Below, piece after piece: positions 51,510 through 64,000 of a stretch of DNA of 64,000 nt. A program made the position numbers and the translations under genes. Positions within the stretch are counted from its first letter, which is position 1. Each line of letters starts with the position of its first letter. The DNA is from Eledone cirrhosa. Its lineage: Eukaryota. The notes beneath the pieces were generated by a model. That model did no database searches. It was not told where the DNA came from and was given only the letters and a program-made list of their open reading frames with translations. Where the stretch lies: contig OZ024741.1 in the NCBI GenBank assembly GCA_964016885.1, positions 322,524,001 to 322,588,000 of the forward strand, given 5' to 3'.

Positions 51510-54500
51510 TAAAAGGAAGGTAATATAATGAGATAAAAAGTAAAAGGTAAAAAATAAAAAGGTAAAAGATTAAAAATTAAAAAAAACTTTTTAAAAATTA
51601 AAAAATTAAAAAATTAAAAAAGTAAATAAATTTTTTTCTGATAGTAACCGGTCTGTAGTGGGGAAAAACAGATAAAATGTTATAACCCAACATACAACTC
51701 TGAAGTCTTAACTAACATTCCCAAAACCTTCTTCTTAATCCTAGAAAAGAATTTCCCGCCGGGCAGTAGATACCATAGTATATTCAATAAAAATACGATT
51801 AAATTATCTTACTCCACTACCCCAAATCTGGCTTACCACCTGACACGTACTAATAATGGGAAAATTAGAGTAGGATTTGAGGATATCAAATCTGTGAATA
51901 AACTACAACAACATAACACATTGGCTAGTGCAGCACCACAGCTTGCTAACAACACCTCGGAAGAACACATTCCATGTCAGGAGAGTTTTAACAACCGGCC
52001 ATCCCAAGGTACGAAAAACAACACACACTGAAATTGTAATTGTAGACGGAGTGAAAATTGCCCTTTAAAGAATATGGTTTATGCATGTGATGTTGTAACA
52101 GTAACCTCCACCAAGACATACGTGGGCTCTACTTCTACAGCATTTAAAACTAGATACAACTCCCACAATTATACATTTAGTTATAATAGGCTAAGGAATG
52201 CCACCTACCTAGCTAAATATATTCATTTTTTGAAAGATGATGGTATAGATTATACACTCAATTGGAGGTTGGTGACTAAATCGTCACACTACCGACCCCC
52301 GAGCAAAACTTGTAACCTTTGCCTTCTGGAGTCTCACGCCATAATTTACTCTAACTGTAACTTGCTCAATAGGAAATCTGAGATATTCTCTTCTTGTATT
52401 CATATGAACCTTAATTCCTTTCACCACTATAAGCCTATTACTTAGTTCTGCTGATAAATCACACCTCCCTATGCAGTGCCACTGCTGCACGTGTGGTGTG
52501 GTGTAGTTTGGTGTGGTGTGGTGGAGCGTAGTGTGGTGTGGTGTCGTATGGTGTTGTGTAGTGTGGTGTGGTGTAGTGGGGGGGTGAAGTGTAGTATGGT
52601 GTGGTGTGTGAAGTGTGGTATGGTGTGGTGTATTGTTGTGGTGTAAGGTAGTATATACACACACAATATTTTTAGTATGTTATGTCGGCCTTTAAGTTTT
52701 TTCATATAGTAACCGAATTTTAATGATCTTTCGTGTATCACACTAGACAATGCTGCAGGTCCATTAATACTTAATAACATTATAGTTTTTTTTAGAATGA
52801 ATCTGTCGAATTAGTATGAGAACTGTTGGTGATTAAATATTATTTTTTATATTTATTTTGGTCGCAGTCCGAATTAATAACCTTATAGATGACAAATTAG
52901 AGTAATCCCCCCCTATTATTTACCACCGTTTCGCCACGTCATTATTTGACGACTAAACACGTCATCAACTGCTGTGCATTTCTATACGGTTAGCGGCGCT
53001 AAACAAAGTAACTTGTTATTTTGAGCCAAACTTATAAATTTACGCGGTATGTAGGCTGTCTTTTTATTTTCTATAATCTCTGTATTTATATGGGTTTGAC
53101 CCCACCTAGCAGACATGCTAGAGTAATTGGCGGATTTAATGATGAGGGCATTTTGTGTTGTTTTCTTTTCTGTTTTGTATAGACTGGTTAACCACGGGAA
53201 TCGCTGCCGCTGTTGCCGGAAATTGTTTTTGACAAGTTCGGGACCGGATGGTGTGTGGAGACTTTGGTTGGATTGAATCTGGAACTGAATCTTGAACACA
53301 TTATAATATACGGCCTGGGATCTTGTACATAGAGGGGTTATTTGATGTATAAATCCAGCATGTAATTCATGTGTCTGGATGTGATTGTTACGTTTGAGCG
53401 ATAATTTATATCCAACTATTTTGTAATTTTGATTGATCTACATATGTTGTGTTATTTAGACGGATTGGTATTCTACTGACAATCCAATTTCTATTTAACC
53501 CCTAGACATTCGGGAAATATGTAACCAATTGGTCTAGCCTATGCTGTTAATATACATGTGTAATAATTTTGCCGGTTGGTTTTACAGTAACTAATATAAT
53601 AAGATTGCTTCAGCTCTATCTTACAATAACCCCGATTTGCTTGTGCATAGCTTGCTTTTATGCCGTGCCTGTCTTTATACTTGTTATACTCAGCTCTATC
53701 CTCTAATAACCATAATTTACTTGTGTATGGCTTGCAATTTTATGATACCTATCTATATGCTTGTGAGCGCCCATTGGCTACGTAATTTGGATACCTACCA
53801 GTATACCTTGTGTATATATATCATGGTGGAGATTCGGATTACTGTAGTCTTTCTGGATGTACCAAAAGGACCTCCTAACGCTTATATAATTATAAGTTAC
53901 GGAGATCCTATTCACTCGTGTTAGTAGGGACCAGCACTTGTATTCTTCTGGCTTCTGTATGTGCTTAAAACATTTTTTTCTTTCTGCATTTATTTCTTTT
54001 TTAAAAATTTCTTTTATAAAAAATTTTTTACATTTAAAAAAAAATTTATTTACTTTATTAATTTTTTAATTAAAAAAAAATGTTTTAATTTTTAATCTTT
54101 CACCTTTTTATTTTTTACCTTTTACTTTTTATCTCTTTATATTACCTTCCTTTTATTTTATTATTATTATTATTATTATTTTATTTTATTATATTATTAT
54201 ATTATTTTATTATTTTTTATTATTTTATTATTTCTTTATCATTTTATTTTATTATTTTTATTATTTTTTTATATTTTTTATTACTTTATTATAATTTTTA
54301 TTAGGTTTTAACCATTGCCTGTATTTTTTCCTTTTGCATATTTTGCTTTTGTGTGCCATCTATTATATCTGCATCTTGTTGAATCCGCTTATGCCTTGGC
54401 ATTTAGCTGCGGTGCTTAACAACTCCAGCATGTACCCCCTCCTTGTTCGCCATCTCCGATCTCCCTATCTTTACTCTCTTTTGCATTCTGATTGTTCGTG

Positions 54501-54733
54501 TGTCTAGGCTCTGTGGAGCTTATACTCAACACTGTATTTATTAAGCTCTAAGGATTCCTACCAAAAGGTATGGATGAAATATTGTAAGTAAATAAAAACT
54601 GTTTGAGTATGTAAGCGTTGTTTGGTTTCTTTTGCATATAACGGCTCTGTTCTTGTACATTGAGCTAACACAATATTGTCATAATACAACACGGTGCATG
54701 TGTGTTTATGCACAGATGGTCCGTGCTATATGT

Positions 54734-54750
<17 letters not shown>
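51045..54750 (+). mobile_element. Penelope-like element, 5'-truncated, with a ~580-bp inverted pLTR at its 5' end
   Basis: Broken ORF about 51680-52445 ending in GIY-YIG (MVYACDV..KTYVGSTSTAFKTRYNSH..CNLCLLESHAI..LLNRKSE); 51045-51625 is the revcomp of about 54040-54640. Confidence 0.85.
51089..51133 (-). ncRNA. Type I hammerhead in inverted pLTR
   Basis: Minus strand GCT-CTGAGGA-tTCCTACCaaacGGTAtGGAt-GAAAC-att-GTA-AGC; the direct copy at 54545-54589 has a mutated core CTAAGGA. Confidence 0.75.
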
Positions 54751-54770
<20 letters not shown>

Positions 54771-54990
54771 TTCATATATATATATATATATATATAGAAA
54801 GATTTGAATGGATACAGTTTAGTTGAAAGGAATTTATTGACACGTGTTTCTATAACAGTTACATAACCTAAAACAGCTGCTATCTACAAACTTTTAGTTA
54901 TGCAGACATTCAATATTTCAATGTTATTATTTACTGTCATTTCATCAGAATAATATTACTGAGGACCTATTTAGTTTTTATAGAGAATAT

Positions 54991-57021
54991 TTGGACGACC
55001 TTAAAAACACCAAAGGAATTGTAGTAAAAGCGGACAAAACATCAAACCTGTACACTATGGATTGCACTACATACAACAACTTCATTCGAAAAGAATTACA
55101 TAAAAAATATAGAAAAACGAGTGAAGTAACCCTTAAGCACATCAATGATGAGGCATGCGAAATAGTGAAAAATCTCGGAATCGAAGATAGGACAGGACCA
55201 CTCTTACCGGCGGTACCCACCTTCAATCTTAAGGACCACAAGGTAAACTTTGATAATGACCCTAAAATTAGATTAATCTGCCCCTCTAAATCAGATATAG
55301 GTAAAATAAGCAAATATATCTTAGATAGAATCATCCCCCAAATTAAGGCTAAGGTTAACATTAAACTCTGGGGGAAGACCCAAGAAGCAATAAGATGGTT
55401 TAATAGCATTAGCAATAAGAATAAATCTAAGTTTATCCAGTTTGATATCGATGAATATTACTCATCGATATCACCTGAAACTTTAAATAGAGCCATTAAG
55501 TTTGCTAAGGATAACTCTGACCTTACAAACGATGAAATTAAGATTATATTAGAAGCTAGGAAAACTATAGTTAAATTTGAGAACAGTTATTGGGTACGTA
55601 AAGATAGACCCTCTAACTTTGACATAACAATGGGCTCTAACGATTCGGCGGAAATAACTGATATTGTGGGGTTATTTATCGCCTTTAGACTCCAGGAAAA
55701 ATTCAGCAATCTCCACGGCGGAATATACCGCGACGATGTTCTCCTCCTAGCTAAAAACCTTAATAACCAAAAACTAGAAAAACTACGCAAAGATATAAGA
55801 AAACTACTACTCGAAATAGGACTAACTATAACATATGAATACAACCTTAAAGTAGTTAACTTCCTGGATGTCACACTCAATTTAAACTCGGGTTTGATTA
55901 AACCGTTTCATAAATTGAATGAAAATCTCAAATACGTAAATGTTGGGTCTAACCACCCCATCTCTATAATTAAATCTATCCCTAAAAATATTTCCCTTAG
56001 AATCTCGGGTCTATCTTCTAACATACAAGTATTTAAGGAACACGCCGAGTACTACGATAACGCCCTTAGTAAAGCAGGCTACCTCAACAAAATAGAGTAC
56101 ATAGATGGGAACAATCAAAACACCCAAAATAAATCCCACATAGGTAGATATAATAACACAACACCAAACCACACTTACTACCATAGTATGCACACCAGTA
56201 AACCAACAAACAAAACTAATAGAAAGCGATGCAAAGAGTACTTATGGTATAACCCCGAATACAATAGTTCCATTAGTACAAATTTACCAGTACTCTTCTT
56301 TAAAATAATTAAAAGACATTTTCCCACATCACACAAATACCACAAAATCCTAAACCCTACCACTATAAGACTGTCATACTCTACAGCGTTAAACCTTGAA
56401 CAACACATAAAAAAGATCAATACTAGAAGGTTAAACGAAAACACTAAGAACTTAAGTACAATGAACACAAAAAAACCAGTAGACAATACACTACAGAACA
56501 TAAATAAACCACACCTAAGTTCGTCCGCAATACTACTCCAGAGAAAACCCAACGTACACAACTGTAACTGCACCTATCCTGACAACTGCCCCCTCGGCAA
56601 TAACTGCCTGGAAAAAAATATTATTTATAAGTGTACCATTAAATCCGGAGGCAACGAGTGGTATTACGTGGGATCAACGGCAACATCGTTTAAATCTCGA
56701 TTGTATAGGCATTCTTACTCAATAAAACACCAGAGCCAAAGAAATGTAACAACTTTAGCAGAAAAAGCTTGGACGCTCAGGGATAGCGATCAAAAGTTTA
56801 CCCTAAAATGGGAGAAATTAGCTAAAACCCAAAGCTTTTCCAGGAGCCAAAATTTCTGCAAATTGTGTAATCTTGAGATTTATTACATAATCACACACAA
56901 GAAGAAACTGCTGAATAACAGAATTGAACGAACATTATTCTGCCGTCACAGAACTAAAACCCTTTTTTTCCCACTACAAGCCGAATATTACATAAAAGAG
57001 GGACATCCCCCAACTATATAA
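54991..57021 (+). CDS. Penelope-like reverse transcriptase + GIY-YIG endonuclease (5'-truncated, open 676-aa frame)
   Basis: VVKADKTSNLY, FIQFDIDEYYSSI, FDITMGSNDSAEITD, GIYRDD, VNFLDVTLNL, SNHP, CNC..CPL, IIYKC..YYVGST, CKLCNLE, LLNNRIE. Confidence 0.92.
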   Translation: MDDLKNTKGIVVKADKTSNLYTMDCTTYNNFIRKELHKKYRKTSEVTLKHINDEACEIVKNLGIEDRTGPLLPAVPTFNLKDHKVNFDNDPKIRLICPSKSDIGKISKYILDRIIPQIKAKVNIKLWGKTQEAIRWFNSISNKNKSKFIQFDIDEYYSSISPETLNRAIKFAKDNSDLTNDEIKIILEARKTIVKFENSYWVRKDRPSNFDITMGSNDSAEITDIVGLFIAFRLQEKFSNLHGGIYRDDVLLLAKNLNNQKLEKLRKDIRKLLLEIGLTITYEYNLKVVNFLDVTLNLNSGLIKPFHKLNENLKYVNVGSNHPISIIKSIPKNISLRISGLSSNIQVFKEHAEYYDNALSKAGYLNKIEYIDGNNQNTQNKSHIGRYNNTTPNHTYYHSMHTSKPTNKTNRKRCKEYLWYNPEYNSSISTNLPVLFFKIIKRHFPTSHKYHKILNPTTIRLSYSTALNLEQHIKKINTRRLNENTKNLSTMNTKKPVDNTLQNINKPHLSSSAILLQRKPNVHNCNCTYPDNCPLGNNCLEKNIIYKCTIKSGGNEWYYVGSTATSFKSRLYRHSYSIKHQSQRNVTTLAEKAWTLRDSDQKFTLKWEKLAKTQSFSRSQNFCKLCNLEIYYIITHKKKLLNNRIERTLFCRHRTKTLFFPLQAEYYIKEGHPPTI

Positions 57022-57263
57022 ACCTTAATCTAGTTAGAAAAATATAAAAACAATCTCTTCTCAACATATATTAATAACCTTAAATTACCACACTAATAAT
57101 GGAAAGATATGCTGATGAGAATAGGTGCAAATATGCGATAATGAATGTGTCTAAAAACGTCCATAAGTATTATATATATGTGAAAATGTATATAAATAAG
57201 TAAATATATATATATGTTTGATGTGTATAGTTAGATGTAAGTGTATTCATTTATTAAAGTGCT

Positions 57264-57366
<103 letters not shown>

Positions 57367-57923
57367 ATATGTGTATATAGATGTGTATGTGTGTGTATGG
57401 TGTACACATGGACTAGAGTATGTATGTATATATGTGTGTGTCTATACGTGTGTATATAAAGATAAGTTGAGTATGAAAATGTATACACATGAGCGCGTAT
57501 GTATGTACATGAATACATGTGTGTATATATATGTGTATGCATGTGTATATATATGTAAGTATGAATATGTGAATTGTGAGTATATGTATTTTGTAGAGGT
57601 GTGCAAATATATGTGTGTGAATGCGTGGGTGAAAGGATACTTACAATTGAAAGAAAAAAAATTTAAGTCTGAATGTTAATTAAGTGCAAACACAAAACCA
57701 ACCACGCATATCTTTACTATCTCTAATCCTTCTATAGATTTAGAAAAATAACCAATAATATATTCTATAAAAAAATGTCAAAACAACAGATGGGAATCTA
57801 ATTACTCACTGCCACCAAGAATTCTCACTGCTATCGAAAAACCACTCCTTCAACTATTCTTCTAACAACTTCACCCCTCCCTCCTAATATTCTCTATAAA
57901 AACTAAATAGGTCCTCAGTAATA

Positions 57924-58043
57924 TTATTCTGATGAAATGACAGTAAATAATAACATTGAAATATTGAATGTCTGCATAACTAAAAGTTTGTAGATAGCAG
58001 CTGTTTTAGGTTATGTAACTGTTATAGAAACACGTGTCAATAA
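57924..58043 (+). ncRNA. Type I hammerhead with long stem II insertion (mirror copy 54834-54953, minus)
   Basis: TTATT-CTGATGA-aATGACAG..CTGTTATa-GAAAC-acgt-GTC-AATAA. Confidence 0.7.
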
Positions 58044-58190
58044 ATTCCTTTCAACTAAACTGTATCCATTCAAATCTTTCTATTTTTCTCCGGATTACTT
58101 TTGGAACTACAACTGAAACCGTCGAGCAAACTCTACGTGAGCTGATAATCTACTGTGTGTAATATTTATATTACAACACAACGGAAAATA

Positions 58191-58377
<187 letters not shown>

Positions 58378-58407
58378 AAAGAATAGAGGTGTAACACACA
58401 AGTTATT

Positions 58408-58917
<510 letters not shown>

Positions 58918-58989
58918 GAATATATATATATATACAGTTTTGCGAGGTTTTTGTTATGAAATCGTGTGTCGAAACAAATATTGTTATAT

Positions 58990-60410
58990 TGGGGATAATA
59001 GGCAGCATGGATGTGGTATCACTGTACCCATCCATTAACATTGATTTTGCTGTGGAAAAATGTGTGGAGATGATCATTGAGAGTGAGGTGGAGTTCTGCG
59101 ACGTCGACACAGACGAACTGCGCCTCCTACTTAGACTTACCTACGACATTCACTACCTAGGCAGCCATGACCTTAGACGTTTCTGCCCCAGTAGACCCAT
59201 AAGAGGTAGACCCCCCACCATAACCTCAATGGCTAAAAAGACTCCCATGGGAAGGTGGATAGGGTGGACCAAAGCTATACGGACCCTCCAAAACAATGAT
59301 CAGGTAAGAAAAATGGTCGCACATGTAATAGGGGCTAGTATCAAAGCTACCCTAAAGGCCCACATATTCAAGTTCAACGAGAAGATCTACACCCAAAATG
59401 AGGGAGCAGCCATTGGCGTCAGCATAGCTGGTGACGTTGCCAACCTTTTTATGGTATGGTTGGAAAGGAGACTTAAAGATCTCCTTAATGAGAGCTCCAT
59501 AGACCTCATCATGTACTCTCGTTACGTAGACGATATCAATATAGTTATAAGAACATCCCCACAAGAGAGCACTAACAAGTTTGATTTAGAACGTAGCACA
59601 ATGGAAAGCATCCAGCAGATAGCTAATTCTATACACCAGAGTATAACTGTAACTATCGACTACCCTTCCAAACACCCTAACAATAGACTACCTGTATTAG
59701 ACACGGAACTCTGGATTAACACTATAGACGAGAGAGCCCAAATTCTCCTCTCACACTATGCTAAACTCAGGGCCTCCAAATACCTGATACTCAAAAACTC
59801 AGCAATGTCCAGTAGTGCTAAGTTTAATATTCTGATCGCAGACTTGGTACGAGTGATGAAGAACGTGTCCCACATGTGCGACCCAACAGAAATGGAAAGA
59901 CACATCCAACACTTCATCAACCGCATGCAGTTCTCTGGCTACAACCAAAGAGACAGAATCAGAGTATACGAAGGAGCCACGGAGAAGTATAAGACCCTCA
60001 TAGAACTGGACATGAAAGGAATTTGCCCATTATACAGGAGCAAATCATGGAATAGCTTAGATAGGATTAGACATAAGATAGGGAAAGCCACCTCATGGTA
60101 CGACAACCAGAGTGTCATGTTTGTGGACGCTACCCCTGGAGGGAAATTAGCTAACCAGTGTAGAAAGGCCCTGAGAAAGACCCACTTAAAGATTAAGGTG
60201 GTAGAAAAGCCAGGAACCACCATCAAATCCCTGATCAGCAAAACTTACCCTTTTAAGAAAACACACTCTACTAATAGGAAATGTATTATATGTAAGGTAA
60301 ACCCCCGGATAAACTGTAAAACTAGAAACGTAGTCTATAGCATAAGATGTACAGAGGGTACTTGCAGAAACATGACAACAACATACATAGGCGAGACAGC
60401 TTCTACATAG
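58990..60410 (+). CDS. Penelope-like RT + start of GIY-YIG domain (truncated; endonuclease continues out of frame to about 60640)
   Basis: [62 protein letters not shown]. Confidence 0.9.
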
Positions 60411-60944
60411 GTGAAAGGATAGACTAACACTGGGGGGGGGGGGGGGACTAAAAGGACGAAAAAACGGTTCAGTACTATACGAACATGCCAGACAACAACA
60501 CGACGGTAACATAGACAACACAGAAATTAGAATAATATCTAAACATAGAAATGCCCCAGCAGATAGGCAAATCAGAGAGGCCAGTGAAATAGAACTTAGA
60601 AGGCCAAGGCTAAACAGAAAAAATGAATGGAATAACAACAACACCCAAACAAACAACACTGACCTAAGAGAAGTATAAATAAATAAATAAATAAATAGAT
60701 AAATAAATAAATACATACACAAGCACAATAACAACAAACACATATAAACACACACTAGTAAAGATAGAATACATTAACCAATACACAGTCACCCAATCAC
60801 GAACACACATCAAACAAAACACTATACACACACGCAAACGCATGCGCAAAGAAGACAAAAAAACAAAACAAATAAATAAATATATAAACAGACGAAATAA
60901 AGATGGCGTAGAAGATACAATGCAACGGGAGGAAACAATAGCAC

Positions 60945-60983
60945 CACTGACGATGTTGCAGATGTGCAACGAAAGAACTTTGA
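60945..60983 (+). ncRNA. Minimal hammerhead motif in Penelope pLTR
   Basis: CA-CTGACGA-tGTTGCAgatgTGCAAC-GAAA-gaac-TT-TG; homologous to 10355-10399, with a weaker stem I. Confidence 0.6.
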
Positions 60984-61385
60984 TAAACTATATATATGTG
61001 TTTGTGTCTATATTGTATCTGTATTTTTTACCGTTGGTCAGTCAATGGCAACATTGAGGACCGAATAAATTAAATTACCGATATAAAAGACACAGAAGCG
61101 AAAACCAACGAAACAGTGAGTGTGTTCTGTTATTAATTCTGGCAATATTACACAAATATGACCCTCCCCAAGTATAACAATATTTGTTTCGACACACGAT
61201 TTCATATAAAAAACCTCGCAAAAGTAATTCATCGCCGCTATGGCATTAGCTTGTGCCAAGCTGAAAGGTTATTGAAAGACACTGTTTTCTGTTATATAAA
61301 AACTACAATAACAACAGAACAAATCCGCTTCCTAAAACACTGTGTTTCCTCCAAAATATACACAACAAACATATCAAAACAAGTA

Positions 61386-64000
61386 GAGGGGAAGGGGGAA
61401 GGGGGAAGGATGTTAGTATTGTTAGATGGGGGAGGGTGTCGGGGGTGGGGTGCAGGTGTTAGTATTGTTAGTTGTGCGGTGGGCGGTGAAAAGGAGGAGT
61501 GTGTTAGTGGTGTTAGTGGGGGATATGTGTGTTTGGGGGGGGGGACAGGGCGGTCGAAGGCTAAAAGAATAGGGGTGGGGAATTCAAGCTGGGGGGGGGG
61601 GTCTGTAGGGTGAAGATGGTGTGTTGAGGAGGGTGGCGAGTGTTCCGTGGCATGGAGTAGGCCACAGACTGTGAGGTGGTGCGCGGAATGTCCAGGGGAG
61701 CGAAAGTGGCGGGCGATGGGGGAACTACCGCCGAGACGAATATCCCGGAAGTGTTCGGTAAAATGGTCCGCCAGGCGACGTCCAGTCTGTCCGACGTAGG
61801 TTGCGATACACTCCGTGCAGCGAAGTCCATAGACTAGGTTGGAGGAGGTGCAGCGGAAGGCGTGCCGGACAGAGAGAGAGTGGCCGTTGGGACCCTGGAA
61901 GGTGGTGGTGTTGGTGATGTGGGGACAGGTGTTGCAACGAGGCCTGGAACAGGGAAGGGAACCGGGGTCGGGGGGTCGGGGGGGGGGTCGTGCGCGTTTG
62001 AAGGAGGGGAGTGGTGGGGCTGGGAAGATGTGGGAGGTGGAGGGGTCGGACTGGAGGCGTCGGAAGTGGCGGAGGATGGTGCGGTGGAGGGGTGGTAGGT
62101 GATGGGGAAGGGGAGACGGTGGGTAGGTGTGCGGTGGCGTGGGGGTGGTGGAGCGGTGGACAGCACGGGCGCGAGTGAGGGCGGTGTGGACGAGGGAGGG
62201 GGCTAACCTCTGCGGATGAAATGGCTAACTAGGGAAAGGGCCTGGGACTCAAAGTCAGCATCTCGGCTACAGAGGCGGAGGTGAAGTCGAGGTAGGAGTG
62301 GGAGTCGGTGGGTTTGAAGAAGCCGGAGGTGACGAGGGAGTGGTGGGAGGGGTGGAAGGAGCAGAAGAAGGAGAGAAAAGAGTCGAGCTATTCTCGGGTG
62401 AGGGTCGTGGCTCCGATTCAGTCGTCGATGTAACGACCGTACAGTTCGGGCGTGGGGCCGGTGTACTGGGCAAAGATTTGGGCCTCAACATGGCCAACGA
62501 AAAGGTTGGCATAGTTTGGGCCCATTCTTGTGCCCATGGCCTCCCCCGTGACCTGTTGGTAAAACTCACCCGAGAAGGAGAAACAGTTGAGAGTGAGGAC
62601 CAGCTCGACGAGGCGAAGGAGGGTGGGGAGATGGGGGAGGGGCGAAGGTCGAGGTAGTGCTTGAGGGCACGTAGGCTGTCGGCGTGGGGGATGACTCTAT
62701 AGAGCGACTTGATATCTAGGGTGAAGAGGAAGGGCTATGGGCCGGGTGGGAAGGTGAAGGAGTCGAATAGGCGAAGGGCGTGATTGGTGTCGGAGATGTG
62801 GGAGGGAGGGTGGTGACGAGGAGGACGACGATGGAGTCAAGAAAGGCGGAGATGAGTTCGGTGAGGCAGTTGCAAGCGGAGACGATGGGGCGGCCGGGGT
62901 TGTCGGGTTTGTGGAGTTTGGGGAGGAAGTAGATAGTGGGGGTGCGGGGGGTACGGACGATGAGGTGGGAAGCGGGGGGGGGGACAAGGTGTTGGATGGT
63001 GGAGGAAACTTGTTGTTGGTAGAGGGGTGTGGATCGGAGGGTAGAGGGCGGTAGAAGAGGGGGTTACGGTGCTGCAGAGGGCTTCAGCCGTGTAGAGGTC
63101 CGCGCGCCACACCACCACGGCGCCTCCGTTGTCCGCCGGTTTGATGACGATGTCATCTCGGCTACAGAGGGAGCGGAGAGCGAGGAGTTCGCCCCGTGAG
63201 ATGTTATTCCGTTTTGGACCGGTGGCGGAAGTCGAAGCGATTTACTGCGCTACGGCAGGCATCGACGAAGGCGTCCAGGGTGCTAAATTGCCCTGGGGCC
63301 GGCGTCCAAGCAGATGGTCGTCGGCCCAGGGCGAGAAACGGGTCTGGGGCGGTCGGAGCCGGTGGCGTTTGACCGAAATGTGCCTGTAGCTTCGTGCGTC
63401 GCACGAATCGCTCGACTTCCGTTCGGGTGCAGAACTCGTCGCTGTGCGGAGTGTGGGGTATGAAGCGAAGGCCTCTACTAAGGAGTGAGCGCTCAGGTGA
63501 GGAGAGGGGGAGGTCAGGGGGTATGGTGACAACAAGTGGTGGGGTTGGGGGTGTAAGGGAGGAGGGGAGGGTGTGGTGAGGGGTGAGGTGGAGGGTGGAG
63601 ATTGGGTAGGGGTATGGGGTGAGGGAGGGGTGGAGAGTGGTGGGGATGGGTGGGAATGGGTGTGAGTTGGGGGGGGGGGGGTGAGTGTAGCTTAAGGGCT
63701 TTGGTGGAGGTGAGGAAGGAGAAGAGGTCGTGGTTGAGGTTTTGGATGAAGAGGAGGATGGAATGGGCGAGAAGGGGGTGGCAGGCGGAGTTAAGGTGGA
63801 GGAGGGTGGGAGTCAGTCGGTAGTCAAGTTTGCGGATAGTGGAGCGGGAGGAGCGGAGGGTGTTGCGCATTAGGAGGTGCGAGGATCGGGTGAGGATACG
63901 TTGGGTGGGGAGGGAAGTGGGGGGGGTGTAGACGGAAGCCGAGGGGGATAAGGTGGAGGTGGAGGCAGCGGCTTAGGAAATGGATGTGGCTGGAGTGCCG
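61386..64000 (-). mobile_element. GC-rich Penelope-like element, near full length but frameshifted (pseudogene), running off the window end
   Basis: Minus-strand pieces HIHFLSRCL, VVTIPPDLPLS..GLRFIP, IVIKPADNGGAVVVWRADLY, YFLPKLHKPDNPGRPIVSAC, LDIKSLY, AMGTRMGPNYANLF, GRYIDD, CSRPRCNTCP, NLVYGLRC..YVGQTGRRL. Confidence 0.9.

Larger units (their letters stand above)
58935..61385 (+). mobile_element. Penelope-like element: 5' inverted segment, truncated RT-EN ORF, pLTR and start of the next tandem ORF
   Basis: 58935-58992 is the revcomp of 61166-61225; HHR at 60945-60983; N-terminal-type ORF 61158-61385. Confidence 0.88.

Overview
Eukaryotic, very AT-rich, repeat-dominated genomic DNA, most consistent with a cephalopod (Octopus-like) genome. 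That assignment is an inference from the (TA)n/(CA)n/(TATG)n load and the SINE families. Only one candidate host gene is supportable: a 610-aa intronless ORF at 33506-35338 with two C2H2-like fingers and a C-terminus resembling an integrase core-binding domain. The rest is transposon material: a decayed Tigger/pogo and a mariner; CRE-, CR1/L2- and RTE-type LINE fragments; at least six Penelope-like (RT + GIY-YIG) elements or fragments; about 20 copies of one tRNA-derived SINE; Merlin-, hAT-, Harbinger- and piggyBac-type MITEs; telomere-repeat-containing foldback MITEs; and Helitron-type non-autonomous elements. The most striking unannotated signal is about 20 type I hammerhead ribozyme (HHR) motifs from more than 12 unrelated families. 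Most lie in short inverted-repeat cassettes embedded in (TA)n tracts, including a non-coding 472-bp tandem HHR unit (45411-46803) with retrozyme-like architecture. All ribozyme calls come from reading the CUGANGA/GAAA cores and stem pairing by eye; none has been tested computationally or biochemically. Most short ORFs in the supplied track are microsatellite artefacts.
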